Origin: Acidobacteriota bacterium | Lineage (GTDB): Bacteria; Acidobacteriota; UBA6911; JACQTF01 | Direction: 5' to 3' | Assembly (NCBI GenBank): GCA_016210925.1 | Contig: JACQTF010000179.1 | Span: 1-60,913 of the forward strand | DNA: 60,913 nt | In this document: positions 1 to 10,800 of the stretch, piece by piece | Layout of the letters: every line of letters begins with the position of its first letter | Numbering within the stretch: position 1 is the stretch's first letter | Notes under the pieces: model-generated | The model's input: the letters and a program-made list of their open reading frames with translations, nothing else | The model's database searches: none | What the model was told of the DNA's origin: nothing | Program-made: the position numbers and the translations under genes

Positions 1-281
1 AGCGTGTTGCCCTCCAACAGCTCCATGACGATGAAGGGCTGCCCTTCGTGCTCGTCAATGTCGTAAATCGTGCAAATGTAAGGATGATTCAGGGCAGAAG
101 CAGCGCGGGCTCCGCGCTGGAATCGCTCCAAGGCCTGACGGTCCTTGGAGAACTCTTCCGGGAGGAACTTGAGGGCTACGCCGCGGCCCAGGCGGGTGTC
201 TTCGGCCTGATAGACCACACCCATGCCGCCGCCGCCCAGCTTCTCAAGAACGCGATAACGGGAAAGCGTCTTGCCAATCAC
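1..281 (-). CDS. Ser/Thr protein kinase, N-terminal part (gene continues beyond the left edge)
   Basis: Reverse translation from GTG at 281 gives [43 protein letters not shown]...[12 protein letters not shown]...[13 protein letters not shown]. This shows Hanks kinase subdomains I-V (Gly-rich loop, VALK lysine). It is absent from the ORF track because no stop lies inside the window. The start codon is uncertain. Confidence 0.75.
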   Translation of the reverse strand, partial: MIGKTLSRYRVLEKLGGGGMGVVYQAEDTRLGRGVALKFLPEEFSKDRQALERFQRGARAASALNHPYICTIYDIDEHEGQPFIVMELLEGNT

Positions 282-745
282 GTCTCTCCGAGACCACTCG
301 CGCCCCCCCAAAAAAGAGGCCGCTTATCCTGCGCCTGTGACCGAGACTTGTAAACACCGTCGGTGTGTGTGATGGGATTCTCCTACTTCTCCCACCGGCA
401 AGTCAACTGCAAAGTCAGCGGCCGCCCGGGACACGGCCCCCCTGCATGTTCATCCCATCAGGCGCTGCAGCAATTGGTTGGGCATCATGACGCCGCGCAA
501 GACGGGCCGGATGCTGGAGGCCATCGAATGTGGCACGGCCGGTTCGAAAGAAAGCTGAGGTGCGGGCCCGGCGGGCGTGTCTTGCCAGGCCTCGAGCGCC
601 GCCTCCACGTTTGCCACGCTTATTATCTGCAGGTTAAGGCGATGGCCGGGCAGAATGGAGCCGACGCGTCCTGAAGGCCTCCGCTGCGCCGGTGGGTGAC
701 CACCGCGTCGAAAAACCCATTTTCATCCGCCCTCTTCCCAACGGC

Positions 746-1348
746 TCAATGCATGTAAAAGAAACAGCCAAACAAAAGCTCATCCTCCAGCTTACGGGGA
801 GAGACGGGGATGGTGTCATCGGGGAACTTCACTGGGATCTCAACCGCTTTTCCTTCTCTTAGAGCAGTGGCCTTCGCTTGGTTTTTCAATGGGATTTTGG
901 CGCCCAGCGGCGTGGACGGATCGAGCTGGAGAGTCAGATGGAGGAGCAGGCCTTCCGGAATTCCACTTTGACCCGGCCCGGTGGACGTCAGTTGGAGAAG
1001 GAGCGATGATTCTTCGTCCTGGCCCGTCGTTTTCACTTCACTGCGGAGCTCGACTCCGGCACCCTGCAACAGGAACCCCTTCTCCGCCTGAACAAATTTC
1101 ACCAGCTTGGCCGGAAATCGAAGTTGCAGCGACAGGCTCTGGAGGTCGCGGGCCATTTTCCCTTCCAGGTACAACGGGTAGACCACCTTGGCGCCCGCAT
1201 TTCCCATGGAGGTGGTCAAGCCCACCTGAAGAGTCCCTTCACTCCCCGTCTGCGCCGCGACCGCGCGAGCGTGGCCCGTCGCGATGACCATCCACAAGGC
1301 GAGAGCGGAATAGCAGCCGGCAGCCCGCTTCAGGAAACGCGAAAACAC
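746..1348 (-). CDS. exported hypothetical protein (possibly a cohesin-like beta-sandwich)
   Basis: 200-aa ORF with signal peptide MFSRFLKRAAGCYSALALWMVIATGHARAVAAQ. It is the last gene of the co-directional TBDR/amidohydrolase string. The fold assignment is a guess. Confidence 0.5.
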   Translation of the reverse strand: MFSRFLKRAAGCYSALALWMVIATGHARAVAAQTGSEGTLQVGLTTSMGNAGAKVVYPLYLEGKMARDLQSLSLQLRFPAKLVKFVQAEKGFLLQGAGVELRSEVKTTGQDEESSLLLQLTSTGPGQSGIPEGLLLHLTLQLDPSTPLGAKIPLKNQAKATALREGKAVEIPVKFPDDTIPVSPRKLEDELLFGCFFYMH

Positions 1349-1397
1349 CTTCCCCTCCCTGCGATGGACACACAGGAACAGCCAATGCCGCCGCGCC

Positions 1398-2900
1398 TCA
1401 GCGTGGCTTCGTGGCTGAGTTTTTCTCGTGTTGTTCCACTTCGACCTTGATCCACCTCTCCGGATAAGACCCGTAGTCCTTCATGTAGTCGCCCTTGACA
1501 TTGATCCCGGGCACCGCCGGAATCCAGGCCTCCTGGAGCAGGTCGTCGGGATCGCCATATTGGGCGGCAATCCTGCGAACCTCCGGATCATCCAAAAAGG
1601 TGATGCGTCCCTTGTCCGCGACCTGGACCGTCTTGCCGTCGGCGGTCTCCACGTCGATGGTATTAAAGTACGTGTGGATATGGAAATGACCGCGTGTCAG
1701 ATTCTCAGCCTCGACCTTTTCCCTGTATGCCTTTGTGTGGCTGGCGGTCACGGGAATGCTGACTCCGAAGCCCCAGTGAATGACGCCGGAGCGGCCGCGC
1801 TCCCACGTCATGCCTTCGCCCTTGGTCACCGTGGTGACCCGGGCAATCTTGGGATTCGTGCCCAAGGCCGCCTCGATAAACCATCCCACGCCCTTTCCAG
1901 GAAAGCCGGGGTATTGGACGGTTTCATATTTCTTGAGGACCTGCTGGATCGCTTCGCCGTAACGCCCGCCCGCTTCCACACGCGCGATCTTACCGCCCTC
2001 CAGGTAGAGCTTCGTATAGGGGAACACGCCCGCGTGGTTGATCGTGCCCGCCACGGTTCCCTTCGCATCAATGTCCGGCATCGCGAGAAAGAGAGGGGTC
2101 AAGCTAATATGTCCCCGCTTCACGACGTCATAGGTGCCACGCGGATAAATGGGATCATCATATTCCTTCAGGAGCTTCTCAAGGTGTTCCGGCTTGACGG
2201 ACCACGTGAGATCCGTTCCCTCCGGGTCCGTAATGTGAATCCGCCGGGCGTTCTTGAACGCATCCCAGACTTTTCGGTCGATGATGTCCTGAACCTCCGC
2301 TGGAAAAGAGGCTGACAAAATAAACTTTTCTGCCGTGCTCCAGGGGATCCGTTCCCAGCGGAATGCGCTCACCGGCTGCGGGCCCCCGCTTCCTTCGATG
2401 AGCAAGTCGTAGCGATCGGCTTTTGCCAACGCCATGATCTTCTGGTAATACTGTCCTCCCCCCGCCTGAGGGTCCAGCATTCGGGTGGCTTCCACGGTTC
2501 CGTCCTGTGGCAACCCGCCGTGACCAGAGGCCTCACCCGGCTCCGAGCTTGACAAAAGCACAATGTCCAACCTGGCGCCGGCCTCGCGAATGGCCATGGC
2601 CAGGGCGTCACGCACCAGAGGGTCGAAGGTGCTGGGGATCACCATCATCACCTTTTCGCCCGGCTTGACGTTGTAACCTGGGCGGAGCGTTTCCCGACGG
2701 GAAGGCTTGCGAACGACCACCCTGGCAATTTCCAGCAAATCCGCCGCCGACTTCACCTCCCGCAGCTTGGGATATCGAGGCGCGGGGTACTCAAGACCTT
2801 GCGCCTTCTGCGCCCTCACAAGGCCGCCGAAGGTCAAGCCAAACAGAAAAGCCATCACGAGAACACACATACCTCTCAGTGACAAATGATGCTTGGACAT
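1398..2900 (-). CDS. exported protein of uncharacterised family, paralogue 1 (motif order recalls M29 aminopeptidase/NicX fold)
   Basis: 500-aa ORF with signal peptide (MCVLVMAFLFGLTFGGLVRAQ). Motifs are YPAPRYPK, ITDPEGTDLTW, EAALGTNP, SGVIHWGFG, HFHIHTYF and a C-terminal EAWIPAVPGINVKGDY. Paralogous to 14079..15794, 17925..20369 and 44151..45680. Confidence 0.8.
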   Translation of the reverse strand: MSKHHLSLRGMCVLVMAFLFGLTFGGLVRAQKAQGLEYPAPRYPKLREVKSAADLLEIARVVVRKPSRRETLRPGYNVKPGEKVMMVIPSTFDPLVRDALAMAIREAGARLDIVLLSSSEPGEASGHGGLPQDGTVEATRMLDPQAGGGQYYQKIMALAKADRYDLLIEGSGGPQPVSAFRWERIPWSTAEKFILSASFPAEVQDIIDRKVWDAFKNARRIHITDPEGTDLTWSVKPEHLEKLLKEYDDPIYPRGTYDVVKRGHISLTPLFLAMPDIDAKGTVAGTINHAGVFPYTKLYLEGGKIARVEAGGRYGEAIQQVLKKYETVQYPGFPGKGVGWFIEAALGTNPKIARVTTVTKGEGMTWERGRSGVIHWGFGVSIPVTASHTKAYREKVEAENLTRGHFHIHTYFNTIDVETADGKTVQVADKGRITFLDDPEVRRIAAQYGDPDDLLQEAWIPAVPGINVKGDYMKDYGSYPERWIKVEVEQHEKNSATKPR

Positions 2901-3001
2901 GTTGAACCTCCCACGAAGTCAATCGCCTGACATGGTCAGGTTCCTTTTTTGCTGTAAAAAGATCTGACCTCTCTACACTGAGAAATCGGGCTCATACGTT
3001 T

Positions 3002-4714
3002 CTAGTCTCGGTACTTTACCATAAGAAAGGCCGGCGCCGATGTCTCGCCTCCCGACGGGGAAGCGCTCACCCGAACGGGGAAGGTGCCTACCGCTTGAAG
3101 GGATATCTCCGTTACCTCTGCTTGTAATTCAGTGGTACTCATGTAGGTAGTCTTGAGACCGGTCCTATCGAACCAGACAATGGACTCCCGTGCAAAGCCG
3201 GTTCCCCTTATCGTCAGTGTGACCCTTGTGTCTCCCTGTACCACGACGTAGGGATGAACAGAGCGGATGGATGGAGCGGCACGATCGCCCGGATTGTCGC
3301 GAAACGGGCGTTGATAAGGGTTCGTGTACCAGGCATGGTAGCCCATGTTCATGACCTGCCCATCTATCATTACCAGCTCGATATTCCTGGTGTTCCGGAT
3401 GTCCTCTAACGGATCCCCCCGAACGACAATCAAGTCAGCCAATTGACCCGGTTCGAGTGTACCCAGTCCCTTTCCTCTCAGATAAAAGTCCGCCGGATTT
3501 TTGGTAGCCGTCTGAATCGCCTGCATCGGAGTGAGGCCCACGTCCTCCACAAAGACCTCCAGTTCCTGATGCAGGGTCGTACCGGGAGGTGAAGACCCCA
3601 CAAAGTCCGATCCCGCCAGGAGGAGACCCCCGGCTGCAACAAACCTCTTGAGGAATTCCAGCATCTTCTCATAGCCTGCTCGCCGCCTCGCCAGCTCCCT
3701 GGGCGTGGCTCCTTTCAGAAAGGACGTGCTGAACCACCTTTGACGCGCATCTTGTGGGAGGTAAGCCAGGTTGGGGTCGTCCAGAAGCCTGCGATTCTCC
3801 AAATCGAACCTGTCCCAGTCCCTGAGAATCCCCTTGGCGCTATGGACCAAGTCGGGCTGAATCATGACCCGTCGGTCGATCAATAAACGGATGAGATCAT
3901 CAAATTTGTTGGCATCCATCTGGTAGTGGAATACGCCCCCACCTGGGGTACCCCAGGGATTGCCTCCGGCGGTGGCCTTGATCACCCTTGCCTCAGACTC
4001 GGGGACGAGTGCCGCTGAGATTCCACCGGCATGGATCAACCCATCAATGCCAGCCAGGGCAGCTTCCCTGGCATCAACGATCCGCAAATGACCCACCACG
4101 GGTATTTCCACCGCGTGCGCTACCTCGGTCACAGCTCTCAATTGGTCGGCAGTGATGCCCTCGTAGACTTTGATGAAATCGACTTTTCTCCGGACATGTT
4201 CCTCCGCAGCCGCTTTTGCTTCCGTCGGGTTCTTCACGACGAACCTGTCCCGCATCAAACCGCCGTCCGACCCGGTAATGCCCGACCCCGTGGTAAACAC
4301 CCGTGGGCCCCAGAGCTTACCTGTTGCGGAGGCTTCCCTGACTGCCAGGACATAGTCCATGTAATTTCCCGTATCAATGAGCGTCGTCGTGCCGTGCGTG
4401 ATCAGCAGTTCCGGCAAATACTCCCAATAGTGCCCGTGTGCGTCGATGAACCCCGGCAGGATCGTTTTCCCTTGAGCATCGATTCTCTTCGCCCCGGCAG
4501 GCACCTCCGTACGAGCCTTCGGACCGACGGCCTTGATCCGGCTTCCCTCGACCACGACCACGGCATCCGCCAACGGCGGCCTACCCGTACCGTCGATTAA
4601 TGTTCCTCCTTCAATGACCGTCACCTGGCTCTGCCCCAGAGCCACCGTCCTGGCCTCAGCGGCAAAATAGAAAAGTATCGCGACCCATACAATCAAAAAT
4701 CTCACCGTTGTCAC
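3002..4714 (-). CDS. exported metal-dependent amidohydrolase with C-terminal IPT/TIG-like domain
   Basis: GTG start preceded by GGAGG with a 4-nt spacer. Signal peptide present. GFIDAHGHY metal-binding motif and an ...AGSDF... region. The C-terminal ~90 aa (VVVQGDTRVTLTIRGTGF...) look Ig-like. Confidence 0.85.
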   Translation of the reverse strand: MTTVRFLIVWVAILFYFAAEARTVALGQSQVTVIEGGTLIDGTGRPPLADAVVVVEGSRIKAVGPKARTEVPAGAKRIDAQGKTILPGFIDAHGHYWEYLPELLITHGTTTLIDTGNYMDYVLAVREASATGKLWGPRVFTTGSGITGSDGGLMRDRFVVKNPTEAKAAAEEHVRRKVDFIKVYEGITADQLRAVTEVAHAVEIPVVGHLRIVDAREAALAGIDGLIHAGGISAALVPESEARVIKATAGGNPWGTPGGGVFHYQMDANKFDDLIRLLIDRRVMIQPDLVHSAKGILRDWDRFDLENRRLLDDPNLAYLPQDARQRWFSTSFLKGATPRELARRRAGYEKMLEFLKRFVAAGGLLLAGSDFVGSSPPGTTLHQELEVFVEDVGLTPMQAIQTATKNPADFYLRGKGLGTLEPGQLADLIVVRGDPLEDIRNTRNIELVMIDGQVMNMGYHAWYTNPYQRPFRDNPGDRAAPSIRSVHPYVVVQGDTRVTLTIRGTGFARESIVWFDRTGLKTTYMSTTELQAEVTEISLQAVGTFPVRVSASPSGGETSAPAFLMVKYRD

Positions 4715-4724
4715 CAGGCCTCCT

Positions 4725-7700
4725 TCAAAAGGCGAATTTCAACCCAAATTGAATCTGTCGTGAGGTATTGACCGTGCCCGTGATTCTTCCCGCATTTCCT
4801 CTCACCGCTCCGGAAGGGAGAAACAGGTCTTGTACCGGCAAGCCAAAATTCGGAGTGTTGAATAGATTGAAGAATTCGGCCCGGAACTCGACGGTTTTCT
4901 TTTCTCCCAAGCCTGTCTTCTTCACCAGGGAAAAATCAAAATTCACAAATCCCGGACCTCGAATCGTATTTCTTCCCAGATTCCCTATGAATCCAGACCG
5001 CGATGGAGAAAACGCCGCCGGGTCGTAGTAGCGATCCGGACCGCCCAAGACCGGATTGTTGCTTCTGCCTGGAACGAGATCGGGATAAAAGGTTTGGTCG
5101 GAAGGTCCGAACACAAAATTCGGCGGGATGAACCCCAAGTACACGCTGAAGGGATATCCGGACGCCACCGTGGTGATTCCGCTCACTTGCCAGTCACCCA
5201 TGAGCTTGGCCACCGTCCCGGAGCTTTTGCCGCCCCAAGCCCGTTGCGGCCCGAAAGGCAAGTCATAGGTGTAGTTGGCCACAAAATTATGTTTGACGCT
5301 AAATGGAGCCGGTCCCACGTCCTTGGGGCAAAACAGACATCGGGGCACGGCATTATCGTTGCTAAAATCCCGATTTCCGGCAACCGATGCCCCGTCGTCC
5401 AAGACTTTAGAAAAAGTATAGGACGCCTGGAATCGAAGCCTCTGAACAGGACGCTTGCTGAGGCTAACCTCCAGAGCATGATATTTCGCAATGCCGTCCG
5501 TGACTTTCACGCGCATCGTCGAAAAGTTGGGATTTCTGAGAACCGGCGGGAAGGGGTAAAATCGTCTGCCGTCAGGCAATATCTGGTGGACCGGATGGTT
5601 GATTCCAAGATGATGCGGCAAGTGGATACTATGGGCGCCAGAGTATCCGATCTGCAAGACAACACTGGGAAGCACTTGCTGCTGGATGTTAAGCCCGTAG
5701 CGGCTTACGTAGGGCTGGTCAGGGCGAAAAACGAACCCGTCAATGCCCGGTTGTCCCGACGCAACCAGATTGTTTGCCGCAAAGTTCGGAAACACAACCG
5801 GTCCCAGAACGCTTGTAATGGTGGTGCTCAGAAGAAGAGGCGGGTTTTGGGTGAGCGCAGTTCGAGCATAGTGTGAAAAGAGGTGCTCGTAGAAGATTCC
5901 AAATCCCGCTCGAATAACCGTCTTTCCCTTTTGAAAGGGATCCCAGGCAAGTCCAATCCGCGGCGCGAAATTTTTCAGTCCAGGATTCTCGAAGAGCCTG
6001 CCCCCCACCACAAAATCCGACGGCCGCACCAGCGGATTGAACGGGTCCTCCAACTGGGAAATCCTGCCATGCGTTTCCCCCGGAACAGTGATGAACTCGT
6101 ATCGCAGTCCGAGATTCAAGGTGAAATTTTCCCTGACCCGGTAATCGTCTTGGAGGAAAAGCCCTAACAGCATCTGCCGCACGCTTCGGGTCGTGCTCGA
6201 CCCCGGAAGCTGCCCGCTGACGCTCCGGGGCCTGTTGGTCAAGAACTCTTGCAGGCTTTGAAATGCATACGAGCCGCCGGCCTGAAATTCGGTGCGGATG
6301 TTGTATTGAAGTCGTTCGACGTTGGCGCCCAGCCTCATCGAGTGACCGCCTCGATGCAGGACTAAGTCATCCGAGTACTGAAACATGTTGGTGACAAATA
6401 TTCGGGGTCGAAGAACATCTCCTCCGAGGGCGGTCAGCCCCCCGACACTCACACTGCCAATGGCGCCAGGAATCCCTGTGAAACGCAGTAACGATGTGTC
6501 TTTGTGCACTCCCACGTCAAAGTCAGACAGCAGGGAACGGTTCAAAGCAAAGCGGAATGTGTTCAAAGCGCTGCCAGTGATGATTCGTGTCTCCTGAAGG
6601 GTAAAGTACTGATTCCGGGAATCCAAACTTTGCTTCGTCAGCCCGACCCGATCCGGCCGCGTCAAGGTGGCGTCATCAAAAACGTAGCGGCCGAAAAAGG
6701 AATCGCTGTCACCGAACTGCCGGTCCACTCTTCCCATGAAGTAATGTTCATCGATGGCCTGGCCGGGGGAGCTTAAAAATTCTCCGGTCCCGTCGGGAAA
6801 AGTCCGGCTGTTCGGAAGAGGGTACAGCGCCACGTAGGGCCGGACCGCAGGGTCTGCTCCTTGACGCACCGCCGCTCCCGGCACGGTGGCAACGTTGGAC
6901 AAGCCCAATCTCTCGATGAGTGCTTCATAACTGGCGAAGAAAAACGTCCGGTTCCTCTGAACAGGACCTCCCGCAGTTGCGCCGAACTGGTTGCGCTTGA
7001 ACGGGGGAATCGGCTGCGTGGGTTGGTCGAAAAAATTCTTCGCATCCAGCGCGCTATTGCGCAAAAATTCAAAGGCCGACCCATGGAGCTCGTTCGTGCC
7101 TGATCTCGTCACGTAGGTGACCACCCCCGCAGAAGTCCTTCCGTATTCTGCGCTGAAAGGATTGGTAACGATCTTAAACTCCCTGATCGTATCCACGCCC
7201 AGCTGCACTCCCGCCGAGCTTCCCGGTGTCGTATTTGCCATCGCGTTGATGTCGGTCTCGTCGAGCAAGAAGCTGGTCGCTTGCGGCCGGGATCCTCCTA
7301 TACTCATCCGTTTTCCCGCACCCAAGGCGACGTTCGCTGTCGTTGAGAATTGCGATAAAGTCACCCCGGGTGTGAGGAGTGCCAACTGGGTTAGGTCGCG
7401 CCCGTTCAGGGCAAGTTCCCGCATCGTTGCCTGATCGATCAAGGAAGAAACTGCAGATGTGCTCGTCTCCACCAAGGGCGCTTCTTCAGTGACCACCACC
7501 TGCTCTGTCACTTCACCTACTTTGAGCACCATGTCCACCACCGCATGCCTTCCCACTGTCAACTCGATCCCTCGCCTGATTGCAGCCTGAAACCCGGGTA
7601 ACTCCGCTTTAACCTCGTAATTGCCCAACGCAAGGTTTGGAGCATGATAACGACCTTGGTCATCTGTGATCGCGGTTCTGGTGATCCCAGTGTCAAGATT

Positions 7701-7856
7701 CTTAATCATCACGGCAACCCCCGGAAGAACGGCGTCTGTCTCATCCTTTGCTGCTCCAGAGATGGTCGCCGCTGCCACCTGCGCCAGAACCATTTGGTTG
7801 GAAAAAGATAGGCCAAGCAAGACCACAGGATAATAGAATGATTTCTTGAACATCAT
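4725..7856 (-). CDS. TonB-dependent receptor with CarboxypepD_reg-like N-terminal domain
   Basis: 1043 aa with a signal peptide. N-terminal ISGAAKDETDAVLPGVAVMIKN...YEVKAELPGF. Plug and barrel regions present. C-terminus is TSRQIQFGLKFAF. Confidence 0.9.
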   Translation of the reverse strand: MMFKKSFYYPVVLLGLSFSNQMVLAQVAAATISGAAKDETDAVLPGVAVMIKNLDTGITRTAITDDQGRYHAPNLALGNYEVKAELPGFQAAIRRGIELTVGRHAVVDMVLKVGEVTEQVVVTEEAPLVETSTSAVSSLIDQATMRELALNGRDLTQLALLTPGVTLSQFSTTANVALGAGKRMSIGGSRPQATSFLLDETDINAMANTTPGSSAGVQLGVDTIREFKIVTNPFSAEYGRTSAGVVTYVTRSGTNELHGSAFEFLRNSALDAKNFFDQPTQPIPPFKRNQFGATAGGPVQRNRTFFFASYEALIERLGLSNVATVPGAAVRQGADPAVRPYVALYPLPNSRTFPDGTGEFLSSPGQAIDEHYFMGRVDRQFGDSDSFFGRYVFDDATLTRPDRVGLTKQSLDSRNQYFTLQETRIITGSALNTFRFALNRSLLSDFDVGVHKDTSLLRFTGIPGAIGSVSVGGLTALGGDVLRPRIFVTNMFQYSDDLVLHRGGHSMRLGANVERLQYNIRTEFQAGGSYAFQSLQEFLTNRPRSVSGQLPGSSTTRSVRQMLLGLFLQDDYRVRENFTLNLGLRYEFITVPGETHGRISQLEDPFNPLVRPSDFVVGGRLFENPGLKNFAPRIGLAWDPFQKGKTVIRAGFGIFYEHLFSHYARTALTQNPPLLLSTTITSVLGPVVFPNFAANNLVASGQPGIDGFVFRPDQPYVSRYGLNIQQQVLPSVVLQIGYSGAHSIHLPHHLGINHPVHQILPDGRRFYPFPPVLRNPNFSTMRVKVTDGIAKYHALEVSLSKRPVQRLRFQASYTFSKVLDDGASVAGNRDFSNDNAVPRCLFCPKDVGPAPFSVKHNFVANYTYDLPFGPQRAWGGKSSGTVAKLMGDWQVSGITTVASGYPFSVYLGFIPPNFVFGPSDQTFYPDLVPGRSNNPVLGGPDRYYDPAAFSPSRSGFIGNLGRNTIRGPGFVNFDFSLVKKTGLGEKKTVEFRAEFFNLFNTPNFGLPVQDLFLPSGAVRGNAGRITGTVNTSRQIQFGLKFAF

Positions 7857-7894
7857 CGCCTCTCTTTTTAGGAATTCGAAAGTAAATTCAGGTT

Positions 7895-10800
7895 CTAAAA
7901 CAGGAACTTCAGCCCAAACTGGATCTGGCGGGCGGTGGTGATGGTGCTGGTGATTCTACCCGACGTGGCAATCCTGGTAGCTTGGGGAGTGAAAAGGTTC
8001 AAAACCGCGGGAATATCGAAGTTGGCGCGGTTCAACAAGTTGAAAAATTCCGCGCGGAATTGAACGTTCTTGCTTTCAGCGATCCTGTTGTTTTTGACCA
8101 ACGAAAAGTCGAAGCTGGCCAGCCCGGGGCTGATGATCGTGTTTCTGCCCAGGTTGCCGTGAAACCCTGCCGCGGGGAGCTCGAAAGCTGTCGGATCGAA
8201 ATAGCCATTGGGGTCCCCGAGAACCGGGTTGTTGTCGCGCCCGGAGACCAGGTTCGGCCGGTCCATCAGCGACGGACCGGTGGCCCGATTGCGGGAACGG
8301 TTAAAACCGATCCTCACCGTAAAAGGCACGCCGGTGGAGAGCTTCGCAATTCCGTTGAGCTGCCACCCTCCCAGGAGCCTCCTGGCCACGCCGGCGAGGC
8401 CGGGCGCCGGCAGGTCGTAGGTGTAGTTGAACGAGAAGTTGTGCCGCAGGTCGAAGCTGGAAAGGCCGCGGCTACTTTTGTGGTCTTCCGGAAAGACCGG
8501 ATAGTCCACGGCGCCCCTGTTATCGACCGAACCTAGAACTCCCGAGCCATCATCGACGGAGTGGGAGTACGTGTAGGAAGCCTGGAACTGGAAGCCGCGG
8601 CCCGAACGGCGATTCACGCTGAACTGAAGCGAATTGTAGAAGGAACTCGCGTCGGTTCTGCGATTGCGGACGATGGCAAAGCGCGGGTTGCGCCGGGTCG
8701 CGGTCGCCGGGAAAAAGAACCTCTCCACCCCGCTCCGATCAGGAAGGATCTGGGGTATGGCGGTGTTCTCGTCCACCACCCGCAGCAACTTCACCCCGTG
8801 GGAACCCACGTAGCCGACGGTGAACACAGTCTCAGGGAAAACCTCCCTTTGGAGAACCAGATTGTATTGCAGCATGTAAGGATTCTGAGGCCTGAACGGC
8901 AAAGCCTGCACGTCATCTTGAATCCTCACCGTACCTCCTTCGAGAGGACGCGGCCAGGGAGGAAAATCGATGGCAAAGGACTTGTGAAACGGCGGCGACA
9001 GGAAACCAGCCGGCCGCACGTACTGGGTCCAGACCTGCTCGTGAAAGACGCCGAAGCCCCCTCGGAGGGAGGTCCGGCCGTTCTTCCACGGATCCCACGC
9101 GAACCCGATGCGCGGACCAAAATTGCGAAGCGAAGGATTGAGAAACATCGGATCGCCCAGCGTGGGCGCCGGGTCCATGACATCCCGCAGGTTGGCCACT
9201 TTCCCGTTGACTTCCGTCGGGATGGTAATGAACTCGTACCGGATACCCAGGTTCCAGGTGAAGTGCGATTTCCACTTGAAATCATCCTGAAAGTAAAAGC
9301 CGAACATGCTTTGGCGCCAACCGCGGTCTAAATCGACATCGGGCAGCCGTCCCTGAAGAAGCGCGGGCTGCCCAAGCAAGAAGTCGCGTAAGCTGCGGAA
9401 CGTGTAGAAACCGCCGGGTCGCTGATCGGCGAAACCGTTCAGTCGAACTCGCTTGATGTGGACGCCCGACTTGATCGAGTGGGATCCTTTCGCATAGGTG
9501 AGGTTGTCCGCATATTCGAAAAGGTTCGTCAGGTACATTTGGGGAAACAAGGACCCTTTGCCCGTCCCGGTGAACTCTGAGGAATCGATATTCCCGAAGG
9601 GCTGGCCGGGTATAAAGATCAGCGCCGGGTCCGCGTTGAAGTTCTGAAGATTATCCGACAAGGGCTTCGACCGATTGAAATTGAAGCGGAAAGTATTCAG
9701 AAGCGTGGACGAGAAGATCCGTTTTTCCTCCAGCGTCAGGTACTGGTTGCGGTGCAAATGAAGCGCTGAAAATAAGCCCAAAGCCGTCGGCACGATCTGC
9801 GAGGAGTCGTCAAACGTGTAGCGAGCAAAGAAGGAGTCCGAGGGGGACCATTGATGATCCACTTTGATCAAGAAATAATCTTCATCGGTCCTTTGGCTCT
9901 CGGATTTTATGAACTCACCGACGCCACCCCCGAGATCCTGGACGCCGCTGGGCAGAGGGTACAGGGAGAGATAGGGCACCACCGTGGGATTCACCGTCAC
10001 GGTCCCGGTGGGCAGAATGCCCCGCCGGGCCGACGCATTAGGGACAAAAGCTCTGGTGGTGATTCCCAGCCTCTCCCGCAGTCCTTCATAGCTTCCTAAG
10101 AAAATCGTTTGATCCCTGATGATTGGCCCGCCTGCAACAAATCCGAATTGATTTCTCTTGAACGGCGGCGGATCCGCTCCGACATCGAAAAAGTTTCGAG
10201 CGTCCAGGGCGCTGTTGCGGAGGAACTCGAAGACGGTTCCATGCAGTTCGTTGGTACCGGATTTGGTAACCGCATTGATCACGCCTCCGGAGGCGTTCCC
10301 CATTTCCGCGCTGAAATTGTTAATTTTCACCTCAAATTCCCTGATCGTCTCCACCCCCAAAAGGACTCCTGCGGCGCTCCCGGGGGTCTTTTGAAAGACG
10401 TCCATGATATCGCCGCTGTCGATGAGAAACTTGCTGGACTCCGGGCGCGCGCCGGAAATGGATACTTTCTGCATGGGAGTGCCGCCGGGCCCGCCTCCTC
10501 CCGCCCGATGGAAGGTGACGCCGGTTTGAAGAAAAGCGAGTTCGTGAAAGCTGCGGCCATTCAGCGGCAAATCGCGAATTTTTTTGTCATCCACCAAAGC
10601 CGCAAAGGCCGAGCTGGTCGTCTCGACCATGGAGGCTTCCCCTGTGACCACCACTCTCTCCGTGATTTCGCCCACCTTCAGCGTGAAATCCACAATGGCT
10701 TCTCGTCCGATCGTGAGGTTCAACCCACTTCGGACACCTGTCTGAAACCCGGCCAACTCGGCCTGCACTTCGTACTGACCGACTGCCAGATCGGGTGCAC

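Noticed and set aside
363-819. ORFs 363..674 (+) and 634..819 (-) between the kinase gene and the exported protein gene
   Set aside because: They have no recognisable motifs, no convincing RBS and unusual composition. Several short alternative frames are equally plausible, so I could not support a call.
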